From Octopus vulgaris (taxonomy: Eukaryota), in assembly GCA_951406725.2 (NCBI GenBank), contig OX597829.1, positions 35,154,001-35,218,000 of the forward strand: a stretch of DNA of 64,000 nt. Reading direction: 5' to 3'. The notes under the pieces are model-generated. The model was not told the origin of the DNA. It searched no databases and saw only the letters and a program-made list of their open reading frames with translations. Positions 42,078 to 56,599 of this stretch are shown piece by piece; the stretch's first letter is position 1, and each line of letters opens with the position of its first letter. The position numbers and the translations under genes were made by a program.

Positions 42078-42470
42078 GCTTAACAGCCCTCATCATGTGT
42101 TTCTATTGTGTTATTCTCCTTGTCCTGTCTTTTACTGTTTTTATTTGTATTGTTTTTACTGTCTTGTTTTGTTTTTACTGTCCTGTTCTTGTTACCACTT
42201 TTACCCCTCAGCAAAAAATCCCAAATTTTATTTAATTTGCTTTGCGGGACGGACTGTTTCAACTAAGTTGCGTCTTGCCCATACCTTCGAAACGCGGAGT
42301 AGCCGAAACAGGGGCAACTGAAGAAGGGGAATTTTCCTTGTGTTGTATGTCTTGTACTCTGTTTTTTCGTTGTCTGAAAAAAGGCCGCTTCCATGTTTTT
42401 GTTTTTATGTTTTCGTTTCTCATAGTGTTCAACGTTATTTTGATGTCCTGTACCCATATGTGCATGTATA
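42075..42470 (+). mobile_element. TA-flanked repeat carrying a rearranged hammerhead (PLE-terminus-like)
   Basis: homologous to the reverse strand of about 58085-58500. Confidence 0.8.
42268..42330 (+). ncRNA. candidate rearranged hammerhead ribozyme, intact core
   Basis: ttgcg tc ttgccc ata ccttc gaaa cgcgg ... gggcaa ctgaaga a gggg. Confidence 0.7.
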
Positions 42471-42538
42471 TATACATATAGACGTACGTATGTACATATA
42501 TGTATGTATATATGCATATGTTTTATATATTATTTTGT

Positions 42539-42601
<63 letters not shown>

Positions 42602-42640
42602 CATACATACATACTTACATACATACATACATGCATATAC

Positions 42641-42686
42641 AAAACTGTCCGATGAACGGGAACGTGAAACTCTGAGTAACAGTTTT
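42641..42686 (+). ncRNA. type I hammerhead, CCGAUGA core, 8-bp stem I
   Basis: aaaactgt ccgatga acg ggaa cgt gaaa ctc t gag ta acagtttt. Confidence 0.8.
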
Positions 42687-43994
42687 TGTGATATTTTTGT
42701 TGTTTTTTAATAAAGCATATTACTCTACCTCCGGTATTCGAGTACTATTTTTTCCACCTTATTTCGCATTTATGTTCTTACTCTGGTATATACACACACA
42801 TAAGTATACATATTGTTATGCATATATGTAATGTATGTCTGTGTTGTAGTGAATGTGGTTTAAGAGTGCCTTAAAGGGAAATGATTTGATTTTGTAGGGA
42901 ATGAAATACAGATCACGTAATCATGTATGATTCAATCATTGAATCGGTCGCCTGTCTTCCTTTTTGTTTGTGCTCATCATGTCTGATTCTCAGCCTACTT
43001 TCCCCTTAGCCAGGTTATAACGAAAAAAACATTAAGCTATTATGAAAAAAATATGTGATTTTTGTTCCAGAAATCTTATTGTATGTATGCTTCTGTGGAT
43101 GTAAGCATGCTTGTAATTGCATGCCTGAATCTATGTTACCACCTATGTATGTACACACTTTCATATTTGTATGCCCATACGTGCGTATGCGTGCATACCG
43201 CCGGCTAGAATTCTGCAATATTAAATATTTTTTATAACACCATTAGTGCCTTGTATTGGTAATTTCTTAATTCACTGTTCCCTTACTGTATTTGAAAAGC
43301 ATTTCAAGAATGGGTGCTGAGACACTTAGATACATAACCAATTGTCCCAACAATAACGAGTATAAATCTAAATGTATTGACCAGGTGAAGAATCTGCAAT
43401 TTTTTATTAGTTCGACATAATATTTTTTCTGATTCTTAAAGTTATGTGAATAATTGCTGGGTACGTGATTTTGTTTCTTTTTTCGCCTGGACTGCCATGC
43501 ATATATCTTACTGAAGTTTTGAAAGGGGCATTCCACTTGTTTCTTTCATAACAACCTTTCAATTGAGAAATTAAATTTCATAATTATTCCAGTAATGACG
43601 TTAAATATCTAAACAAAAAAAAAAAAAAAATGAAAATAGATTTGTTATTTTCTGCAAAGCACATTGCCTCAGTAAACTTGACATCAACAAAAATACTTTC
43701 AAACATGATATTCCTCAACAAAAGATAAACTGGTGCATAAAGCTGCTTTCTACAGTTAAGGGTAATGAAATTTTGAGTAGATATAACCGATTTCTGCAGT
43801 AAAAGAGCTAAGAGTGGTTATATCTTTAACATTACTGTAACTTGTAATATCTTCGTATTCAGCTCTGTCTTTTATATAGATGAGATTGTGTAGTGTTTGA
43901 CCACTACAACATGCACCGTATGTATATAATATTGTGATGGCATTGTATGTATGTATGTATGTATGTATGTATGTATGTATGTATGTATGTATGT

Positions 43995-45186
43995 ATTATC
44001 AGTTTTATTTATAAGTTTCTCCCCGATGGAGAAAGATTCAAGGTTATTTCATTGGAATTTCAATGATATCAATAGGATAATTGTGCATGAATGTCCAAAT
44101 ATATGTCAGTGCATGTGAAGATCTGTGTTTTGTTTTTAATGTATGTATACTCATACATATAGTTGTGACTTGACATGTGCATCTTTACTTATATGCTAAA
44201 CTTATGGAAAGTTTTACATATTTTGACAGTTCTATTGATGGCATGTATCTGTAGTCTTCTAGTTAACTATTTTCTTTCTGGTCTTGAGAACCCTGATTTC
44301 TGAAGATCAGTGTTGAGGCAGTTGGTTACATATCCTAGTGCCCCAATAATGACGGCTATAAATATGAAATTGTGAAGCGTAGCTGTAGATTTCTCAATAA
44401 GTGTTTTCTTTTTCTCAGATGTTGACATCAGCCGGGCAACTGACTTCCTCTACTGTACGTAGACTCTCTTCTCATGTTTGATCCATTATGCTTGCATTTT
44501 ATTGAGGTTTTTGACTGGGACATTGCACCAGTGTTCTTTCATATTATGGGTGGTTAAGGTCTTTACCACACGGTGGGTTCTTATATCTTTTGTTTTAGGA
44601 TTATCCTCCCAATAGATGATATTGTTCAGTGTCTTAGCTACAATACTGTTTCATCGACAGATAATAACACTTTGAAACTTTTGTACAGCTGCTTGTGATG
44701 TGGGTGATATTTTCAGTATTAACTCAACAAAGTATGCATTGTTTATCGCATTTTAGTTATTTCCTTTGTCTCTGTCCCTTTTGCTCTGTTCCATTTGAGC
44801 ATCAGGAATTTGGTTGCTTTTCCCTGTTCCCTTAATTGCAAATGTATACCATTGAAAACGAGAATTAGTGATCCGATTGTTTGTCCACGATATACTGCAT
44901 TGATTATCAATGTTACTGTCATCTTGGAATATTTTTTCAAAGAGCCGCTTTCTAAGTCTAATGATAGTATCTGCCTTGTGTATGCAAACTTGGTCAATGG
45001 GCGCACTGCGATACTTAGTGGTTAAAATATGCTGCTAATGGGATAGAATGTGACTTTCAAAAGCTGTCTGAATCAATGTTAAGCTTCTGCCTTCTAGTTT
45101 TTGTTGTAGGCAGAGGCGGTCTCCCTTAATATCTGAAAAGTATTTGTGTTGAGCAGTAGCTTTCGGTTTCCAAATCAATGGCTCTG
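43995..45186 (-). mobile_element. 5'-truncated R4/Dong-type LINE (family A) with (TATG)n on both sides
   Basis: DRLCLQQKLEGRSL (thumb), CILC..NTENITHITSSC, EHWCN, VEEVSCPAD, FIAVIIGALG, conserved 3' end; (TATG)n at 43945-43995 and 45187-45290. Confidence 0.88.
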
Positions 45187-45290
45187 GTATGTATGTATGT
45201 ATGTATGTATGTATGTATGTATGTATGTATGTATGTATGTATGTATGTATGTATGTATGTATGTATGTATGTATGTATGTATGTATGTAT

Positions 45291-45520
45291 TATGTCAGGT
45301 CACTTTCGAGTGCTACTGGTAACATGTAACCCAGTACAACCTGTTGCATGGTCGGGTCGTCGGCGACTAAACCGACAACCCCACCAAGCTTGCTTGCGGG
45401 ATGAAAAACAAAACCCGTCAAAGGGCGGAGGAACTCTTAAGAGTCAACGGCCATCCAATAAATGTCTTAAGGCTGTATCATGCGCGGGGACATAGAAATA
45501 ATCGGACTGAATACCCGATC
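45291..45520 (+). mobile_element. structured 5' leader of the RTE-related element
   Basis: shares 'aaggctgtatcatgcgc.gggacata' and 'gactgaatacccgatc' with 6497-6545. Confidence 0.55.
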
Positions 45521-45733
45521 TTTTGTTTTCTGTCACTCTTATTGTCTCGTACTAAACACTTCATCAGCACTTTCGCATCAAAAATTGATAAAACCTTCCT
45601 CGTTCACGATATTCGAACAGACGAAAGATTTTCCAGGTGAATCTAACTAGTTCGAGAAGGCTTGTAAATATCATGGCAGTTGGGGAGCATCGGTGGATCA
45701 CTTTATTTATATATACATTATATATATTGTATA

Positions 45734-48285
<2,552 letters not shown>

Positions 48286-48779
48286 TATAAATATAATATC
48301 TAAAATGAGACGCTGTACAAAATTAACAATATCCAATATGAACACAGTAACTTCTTTATTTTGTTGATCACGAAGGTATGAAAGGCAATGTTGGCCCGGA
48401 ACAAATACGGCAAGCCTTTTTCTCCTAACTCAAACGACGCGACCAATTTACCACCAAAGATGTTGTCGTTCTTGTTTATCCCCAACAGACTATTGAGCAA
48501 GGATTTCCGTTTGTCACTATCGTCTAATTATTTTCTAGGCACAGCGTATTTATTTCGGACTATATGATCTAATCTGTCGAACGGCTGTGTGTTTTGAGGG
48601 AAAATTTAGCTTCTATTTCTTGAAGTTCGAGCAACAACAACGTAGAATTTCTTGTTGGATCCTTATAATAAATTCTCCTCATAGCTTCGGTTCAAACGAG
48701 GTTCAAGTACAGTATGATATCGAGAAGCAATAGTTGCTTAGCTGTTTTGATGGTGGTTGCAAGGAAGATGAGAATCGCG

Positions 48780-48862
48780 AGAATGATGTAGATGATATTG
48801 TTGCTGATAATGTTGAAAGTAACGATAATGATGGTGATAAAGATGACAGCGATGATGACAGC

Positions 48863-48920
<58 letters not shown>

Positions 48921-48980
48921 GTGATGATGATAGTGATGAAGGGGATGATGATGATGATGGTGATGATGATGATGGTGGTA

Positions 48981-49036
<56 letters not shown>

Positions 49037-49057
49037 AGTAATGATGATGATGACAGC

Positions 49058-49105
<48 letters not shown>

Positions 49106-49380
49106 AGCGCTGAAGATGATAGTAATGATGATGATAAAAGTAACGATGATAGCGATGTTGATAATGGTAGCGGTGAAGACCATGGCAATGTTAATGTTGA
49201 TAACGATGATAGCAACGATCATAGTGATGATGATGATGATGATGATGAAGATGATGACGATGATGTTGATGATGATGATGATGATGGTGGTGGTAGAGGG
49301 GATGATTACTATTATCAACGCTGATAGTGATAATGGTGAAAAGTATGTTGATGATGATAGAAATGGTGACGACGATAAGG
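48780..49380. repeat. degenerate (GAT)n trinucleotide tract
   Basis: direct reading; source of the poly-D/M/I/S ORFs. Confidence 0.97.
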
Positions 49381-49965
49381 AGGCGAGGTTCGTTCTTTTT
49401 GTTTTTCTTATTCTAAAATCCAATTACACGAAAGTCGATAGGCTATTTTCCACTTACACTTTGCCCTTTCTTCATCTTCTGACCCTTTTCTCTTGTTCTC
49501 TCCCTTTTTTTTACTGTTCATTTCTATCTTGTTGTTTTCGCCAACTCCCATCCCAACATGGCATGGCATCACACACTGGTTAAATGAATGATAAATTGAG
49601 AGGTCTTCAATTCGAACGAAAGCATAACAATCACATGTGGGCATTACTTAAAACCGTTCGTTTGTCAAAATAAAATAAAAAGAAGATATAATATACAAAG
49701 AACAGCAATTGATTATGGTATTTGTTTCTTGTAACTACATAGAGTGAAAACTTATATTAGGGAAATTTTTGGCCCGTATTAATTCGATGATTCCGAGGTA
49801 ATAATATATAAGATTGTAATACAACAACAATATGGATCTGGCAAAATAAAGGAGTGGAATAAACAGCAACTAAAATAACAAATTCGGATCGGAAGATAAA
49901 AAAGAACGAAACTGAAAATAGGATTTGACACAAGTTTCAACAAATCAGATTTTGCAACAGAAGTA

Positions 49966-49973
49966 TACTACTG

Positions 49974-50068
<95 letters not shown>

Positions 50069-50079
50069 GCTGCTGCTAT

Positions 50080-50137
<58 letters not shown>

Positions 50138-50138
50138 G
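49966..50138. repeat. compound (CTA)n(CTG)n(CTA)n tract
   Basis: direct reading. Confidence 0.97.
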
Positions 50139-50332
50139 CTTTCTGATTTAGGCACAAGGTCAACCATTTTGATGGTAGGAGGGCCTATCATTACCATTGA
50201 TATCAGTACTGACACTTTATTTTATCGACTCCAGTCATGAAAAGTAGAATTGACATTGACCGGGTTTGAAGCCAAAACCTAATTCAAACAAATAGCGTAA
50301 TAATAATGATTATGATGATGATGATGATGATG

Positions 50333-50379
<47 letters not shown>

Positions 50380-50778
50380 CCATTCTCCTATAGGCACACG
50401 GCCTGAAATTTTGGGGGAGGGAGCCAGTCGATTAGATCGACCCTACTACGCAACTGGTACTTAAATTTATCGACCCCTAAAGGATGAAAGGCAAAGCTGA
50501 CTTCGGCGGAATTTGAACACTGAACGTAAGGACAGACGAAATGCCTATTTCTTTACTACCCACAAGGAACTAAACACAGAGAGGACAAACAAGGACAGAC
50601 AAACGGATTAAGTCGATTACATCGACCCCAGTGCGTAACTGGTACTTCTTTAATCGACCCCGAAAGGATGAAAGGCAAAGTCGACCTCGGCGGAATTTGA
50701 ACTCAGAACGTAGCGGCAGACGAAATACCGCTAAGCATTTCGCCCGGCGTGCTAACGTTTCTGCTAGCTCGCTGCCTT
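50380..50778 (-). mobile_element. dimeric OR2-like SINE: full monomer with tail 1, then a headless monomer with tail 2, within (TAA)n
   Basis: 50546-50778 matches 1582-1812; 50380-50545 repeats B box and core, then ends 'cccccaaaatttcaggccgtgtgcctataggagaatgg(att)n'. Confidence 0.85.
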
Positions 50779-50788
50779 AAATAATAAC

Positions 50789-50899
<111 letters not shown>

Positions 50900-53800
50900 C
50901 CTTTCTTTATTGGCCACAAGAGCTGAACACAAAAACGTATAGGGACAATGCAAAAAACAAGGGACAAGTGGGATTTAAAAAAGAGAAAACATGTAAGCAA
51001 TAAAAACACAAAAATAAACAGTTAACAACAACGAAAATAAAACAACAAAATTCCCCCATAGGGGTGAATTCCACCCAGGATCAACCAGGCACCACACACA
51101 TCCTGGTCACCCCGACTTATAGACGAATATTCAGAGTAGGCCTATTCACGCGAGCCATTTTCGCAACATTCACCCACCTTTTAACAAAATTACTGAAGGG
51201 CAGCACTTCCCTCTCTTTCCTTTTTCAAGTCGAACTTGAAAAAGTCGATGAGGGACCGGCCGAAGAAGAAATTGTCTCCAGGCAGAGGAAAACCGCCTTC
51301 CCTTCTCGGTGAAAAGAAGGCGGCGGGGTGATCCACACACACAATGGACTCGGCTGATAACCGGACCCATCTTACAGGTGGCAACAGCTATTCGACAAAT
51401 CTCCACAGGTCAGTAATGTAGGACGGTTTCATCGCCCTGCGCACACCTCGGACAGGTCTGTCTTACAGCACTTCAGTGTCTGTAAAGCTTATCTCGAACC
51501 GGCAGAGCTCTCCGGTACCACTGCCAGGCCAGGGATTTCTGGAAGTTATCCATAGGTCCCGGCCCAAAAGCCCTGCAGAAAAGACCAGTTAGTTAAACCC
51601 TCTCGCCGCCCAGAGTTTCCCCGAGTTTCCCGTCGTTCTTCCCCTTCACTAATTCCTTATAGAACTCCATAGAACTTCCACCGATCGCGTTGCCCGACTG
51701 GCAGAAAGCTGTGAGCGCTTGCCTATATTCTAGGTGCCAAGCGTCCTTTCTTGTCCTGCGCTTGACCCAGGACTGTAGTTCCATCAATGAGACGTGCTGC
51801 GGAAAGTCCCGTATGACGAACAGCGACCACACCTGCTTACCATGAAGGAAACGCGGGAGATGTTGCAGCCTCAGCGCTTGTCTGCACATCATTAGCTACG
51901 GCATGCCCAGTCCTCCACTCAGCGGCTATTGATAGCAAGATGGATCATCTGATGAGCGGAACGCGTCCCTTCCATACAAGGCGGAAGAGCAAGCGTTCCT
52001 GCTTTATCTGGCACGAAGTGGGGAAAGGGACGACGGTCAGGTGGTAGTATATGATGGAAGCGATGTACGCATTCGCCACCTGCGCCCGACTCTTCCGGTG
52101 CAGCTTCTTCTCTTCCCATTTCTGAGTGAGATTGGCTACCCTGCTCGTCACCTCCCTCCCTCCAGTTCTTGTCAACCTGGAGGTCTGGACCAAACCAGGC
52201 CCCGAGCAATTTAACCGGTCCTTCCGTTCAGTGCCCTGCAACGCTGTCAGCTGGCATAGACCTGTCTCTCCAGATGCCGAGTTGCAGGCCCACCGACTTC
52301 TCCTGGTTGATCTTTGCTCTTGACACCGCTTCGTACTCCCTTAGAGTAGTGCAGACCACCTCGATTTCCGAGGTGTCCGACATTATTACGGTACAGCGTC
52401 CGCATAAGCCGACACGAACCTTCCGCATCCCAGATCACGCGGGATGCCCCTCATAACATCCAACTTCCGCAGCAATGGCTCGAGAGCCAGTACATACAGA
52501 AGAAGCGATAGTGGACATCCTTCACGGATCGAACGAGCGATGCTAAACGATTCCGATAGATTGCCATTTACTTTGACCACTGAGTAGATGTCGCTGTACA
52601 TTGCAGCCTCTAAAAAACGGCACCGAAACCCACTGCCGCGAGAATAGCCTCCAGGTATTTGGTTGTCGACCCTATCAAAAGCTTTCGATTGATTCAAATT
52701 GATCAAGGCCCCACCCATGCTAGTTTCATAACTCACCCTCTTTATGATGTAACGCGGGAAGTGGAGCTTGTCGTGGAGAGTTCTGCATGGGATAGAGCAT
52801 GTCTGCTCGTCATCGACCAACTTATCGACGATAAACACCAACCTCAGACGATCCATCAGACGTTTACATCTTGTGGCACACTGTTTATCCTAATTCTCGC
52901 CGTTTTCTTCGAGAAGTAGGTGGGATACAGGACCCACTCCTCAGTCCACAGGGGTGACACTGCGTGTCTTCGCGCGCAGCCCTCACTTTTAAAGAGAACC
53001 TCAATGCTGGCAAACTGCCTCCCTCTCTGTATGTGAACCACATCGACGTGACTGATGGAAGCTATTTCGGATCTCCTACTTTTCCGTGATACGCATTTAA
53101 AATATACTGTCTTTCTTTTGCTTCTATTATTTCATGAGGTATAGTCACTGATGTCTTGCCCACGACAATTTTGATGATGCTTTTTGCTTTAGAAAGTTCT
53201 CGAATTTTTTCCTCGATAGGAAGCGTAAACATTTCCTTCTTCGTGTTTGCTACATCGGCAAACCTCTTGCTTTTGTTATTGTTTTTGTTGTTGCTGTTGT
53301 TGTTGTTGTTGTTAAGCAACAAGACGGGTAAGGGTGATTAGGTGATGATCTAGGGCTTAAGGGCGGGAGACCCCAGACCTTGGGAAAAGAAAAACTTTGG
53401 TCGTCTTGTTGTAGTCGAGGGCTATTCGTTGACGCCCGGCACCACTGAGAGGTGGCCCTCGAAGTTGCTGGAAATGGAGATCTCCAGGTCCAAATTCTTG
53501 ACGGCTGTTGTTTCTGTCGTCGACGTTGCTCTTGTTGTCGTTGTTTACAGCTGGTGCTGCTGTTGTTGCTGCTGGTGGTAATGGGGGTGGTGTTGTGGCC
53601 ACTTTCACTGTTGCCACCCTCCACACCGCCGTCACCGCCTTCAAATGTAGTATTATTTTCTCCGCTTAAATCCATTGTGTTCTGAATTGCGTTGCTGTTG
53701 CTAATATCACCACTGCTTCTGCCGCCGTTACCGCCTCTGCTATCACCGTTTCAGCCGCCGTTGCTATCATTGCCGTCACCTCTGTTACCAATGCTTTCAC

Positions 53801-54270
53801 TGCTGCTACTATTAGGCGGACTTTGAAGGCGGCGAACTGGCAGAAACGTTAGCACGCCGGGCGAAATGCGTAGCCGTATTTCGTCTGTCGATACGTTCTG
53901 GGTTCAAATTCCGCCAAGGTGGACTTTGCCTTTCATCCTTTCGGGGTCGATAAATTAAGTACCAGTTACGCACTGGGGTCGATATAATCGACTTAATACC
54001 TATGTCTGTCCTTGTTTGTCACCTGTGTTTAGCCACCTGTGGGCAGTAAAGAAATATATTAGGCGGACTTTGATCTTTGGTGCGTTTCTTTTTCTCCCCC
54101 CCCCTCTCCAGTAATGTAGTTTTTTTCTTAAATCTTCCAAGATGCGTTCCGCCATCTTGTTTATTTATATTATATTAAAATGCCCACCGAATTTGTTTGG
54201 GCCGAATATAGCCCTGCTTGGGGCTAAACAAACAGAGGAACCTAATGCCAGATCCCCAGTATTTCTATTA
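50900..54270 (-). mobile_element. internally deleted Tx1/L1-clade LINE (ORF1 start, RT, CCHC, 3' UTR)
   Basis: GALINLNQSKAFDRVD, SIREGCPLSLLLYVLALEPLLRKL, SAYAD, AKINQEKSVGL, CPRCAQGDETVLH; low-complexity ORF1 remnant from an ATG at about 54155; 3' end in (TAA)n. Confidence 0.88.
53827..54056 (+). mobile_element. OR2-like SINE (tail 1) inserted in the Tx1 LINE
   Basis: 17-bp TSD tattaggcggactttga at 53810-53826 and 54057-54073. Confidence 0.93.
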
Positions 54271-54401
54271 ACAAACTGGAACTATGTTTAAACGAAAAAA
54301 CCGCAACAAACGGTTGTAAACTGAAGTGTTAAACAAGACTTTCTTCGCACCTTCGAAAATACGTGTGTCGTGTTCAACAGTAAATAATAATAATAATAAT
54401 A

Positions 54402-54457
<56 letters not shown>

Positions 54458-54635
54458 AGTTCCAAATTTTGGTGCAAGGTCAATAAGTTCGTGGGAGGGC
54501 GTAAGTCGATTATATCGACCCCCAGGCTTAACTGGTACTTGTTTTATCGACCTCGAAAGGATGAAAGCCAAAGTCGAACTCTGCGAAATTTGAACTCAGA
54601 AGGTGAAGACGGAAGAAATGCCGCCAAGTATTTTA
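54458..54635 (-). mobile_element. older OR2-like SINE (tail 2)
   Basis: core 'ggctttcatcctttcgaggtcgataaaacaagtaccag' on the reverse strand. Confidence 0.8.
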
Positions 54636-54902
54636 AGACATTTAATATTGTAAGCAAAGCAATGGCGTATATATTATTTACTTCACTATTTGTGATGACA
54701 AACACAAATAGTAATTGAAATAAAGCGAGTTAGTCAATTCTTCTCATGGTTCGTTGCAAAATAAACCTTCAGATGATATTAACACAGCAATCACACAATG
54801 GTTCATACATGCATATATTTAATATATTTATCTGCTAAAACGAATAGAATAACAAGTGAAATAAGTTAGCCCGTTTTTCTTCATAGCTCGCTTCTACTAT
54901 CC

Positions 54903-55023
54903 AGTCTGCCATCACTTGCATAATGCGAAGTAGTAAACATTAATAATTCCTAGTACTTATGTGCGAAAAGTACCAGGAATTATTAATGTCTATTACTTTG
55001 CATTATAGAAGTGATGGTAGACT
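54903..55023. repeat. hairpin with about 55-bp arms (possibly an inverted duplication of a mariner end)
   Basis: agtctgccatcactt..acattaataattcctagtactt / aagtaccaggaattattaatgt..aagtgatggtagact. Confidence 0.8.
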
Positions 55024-55129
55024 TAATCGAAGAGCCCAGCCATAAAGAAAAAAAACAAAAACAACAACAACAACATTTTTTTATACCTTAATACTCTCTC
55101 CTGTTCTGTTATCTCCTTTCTTTTCTTTT

Positions 55130-55580
55130 CTCCAGCTTTCGCCATTGGTCACCAGAGTCTCAAGTACTCTTGGAATAGAGGTAATGAGTTCAACCATTTC
55201 CCTGCTGTCACCAACGCGTCTTTCCTTCTGTTCGCTACTGAGCAGCCTCGGAAAATACTTTGAACAAATTTTGCTCATGTTCAGATGTTCATGAATAATT
55301 CTGTGTACAGTTATCACACTAATGCTAAAATGTATGCTATTTTGTCTTTATTGACTCACGATGGTGTTCATTCAGAAAATGCAAATTTTCTGAACCAGCT
55401 TTGATGTTTTGCTGTCCCTCTTGTTTCAACACTTCTCATCATCTCTCACTCCGTCTCTACTGTCCTTGAAACTTTTGTGCCAGTGAAAAACAGATGCTCG
55501 GCTCATACAATAATCCATAGGCTGTCTGGAACATTTCATAAGTTTCTGTAGTATTTTTGCCATTAAATACAAAATGCATA
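55130..55580 (-). mobile_element. mariner transposase N-terminal remnant
   Basis: GKNTTETYEMFQTAYG, MSRASVFHWHKSFKDSRDGVRDD, TVHRIIHEHLNMSKICSKYFPRLLSSEQKERR, LVTNGESW. Confidence 0.88.
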
Positions 55581-55929
55581 TCGGATCGGTTCCGGCAGGG
55601 TAAAAAAAAAAAGACGGATCGCATCTCCCAGAGTCGACCCAATTTTTGATCGAAAAGCTCGCTAATTGATTGGCTCTCTTTCCAAAACGCAATCACGAAA
55701 ACTCCTTTTGAACAGGATCACTTCAAACAATGTCTCTTCATGTACACCATCTTCATCTGTTAAATCTAAAATTAAACAAAAATGTATTAGGGGAAAAAAG
55801 AAACAAGGACTTTACAGAGGTCTGTTATACTGCAGTGTACTTTCCCTTACAGTAACTGCAACTGTAGTAGTAATGACAGACATGTTCTTACAGCTGTTGT
55901 ATTAATTTAATTACAGTAATCTCACCCTA

Positions 55930-56500
55930 GCAGCTTACTGTTATTGTCTTCTTTGCGAGGTAGAAAGCCCTCAAGCAACTTTTAAAACTATACGTGTAGG
56001 AACTGTGTTTTCTTCCTTGCATTACTAACCTGATTGATCTCTCTAATTCCTCAAATGCAGATAATTCTGTAAGCGTTCTTGTGATGTTTGAAGTCGTGAA
56101 TATCGATGTCAATCCCACATACTGTTACAGTTCACTTTCAAGGTAGAAAAGTCCACTATCACCCCCCTACCACTGTTCTCACTGAAAATTTGAGCAAAGC
56201 GTTGGAAAACCATACCAATCTGCTTGGAATCCAGTAGGACGAACCCATCTTGGTCAGGAAAATTTTGTTACGCTGCATCTCCACCACAGGAGTCCATTAA
56301 ATAAGTTTCGTCCTGCTATATCTTAGAGCATATGCTTTAGTATTGACACCGCAACCTTCGTGTTTCGCGTTAAAGGAACGTTAATCGTGAGTTCTTTCAT
56401 AGTCGCTTCTAATTGACTAATTCCCTTGTAACTATTTTACTCTCAGTGGTTTTAAAGAAATCATTAAAACTGTGAAAAAGAAAAAGATCTCCCAAAGAAT
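55930..56500 (-). mobile_element. possible Tc1/Tc3-like transposase remnant
   Basis: weak matches: FNAKHEG, KFSVRTVVGGDSG, VMQGRKHS; heavily decayed. Confidence 0.3.
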
Positions 56501-56599
56501 AAATGTGGCAGAACCCTGCAAGAAATTCTGTGCACTGTAACACAGTACCTGAACGTTAACAGAATGAACGATCTAATTCATTTAGTGAGGTTGATGGTA

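Noticed and set aside
43267-43536. 89-aa minus-strand ORF in complex sequence
   Set aside because: No recognisable motif or splice context; length compatible with chance.
48692-49583. Longest ORFs (poly-M, poly-D, poly-I, poly-S; 170-263 aa)
   Set aside because: All are frames of a (GAT)n tract, with no complex domain or splice evidence.
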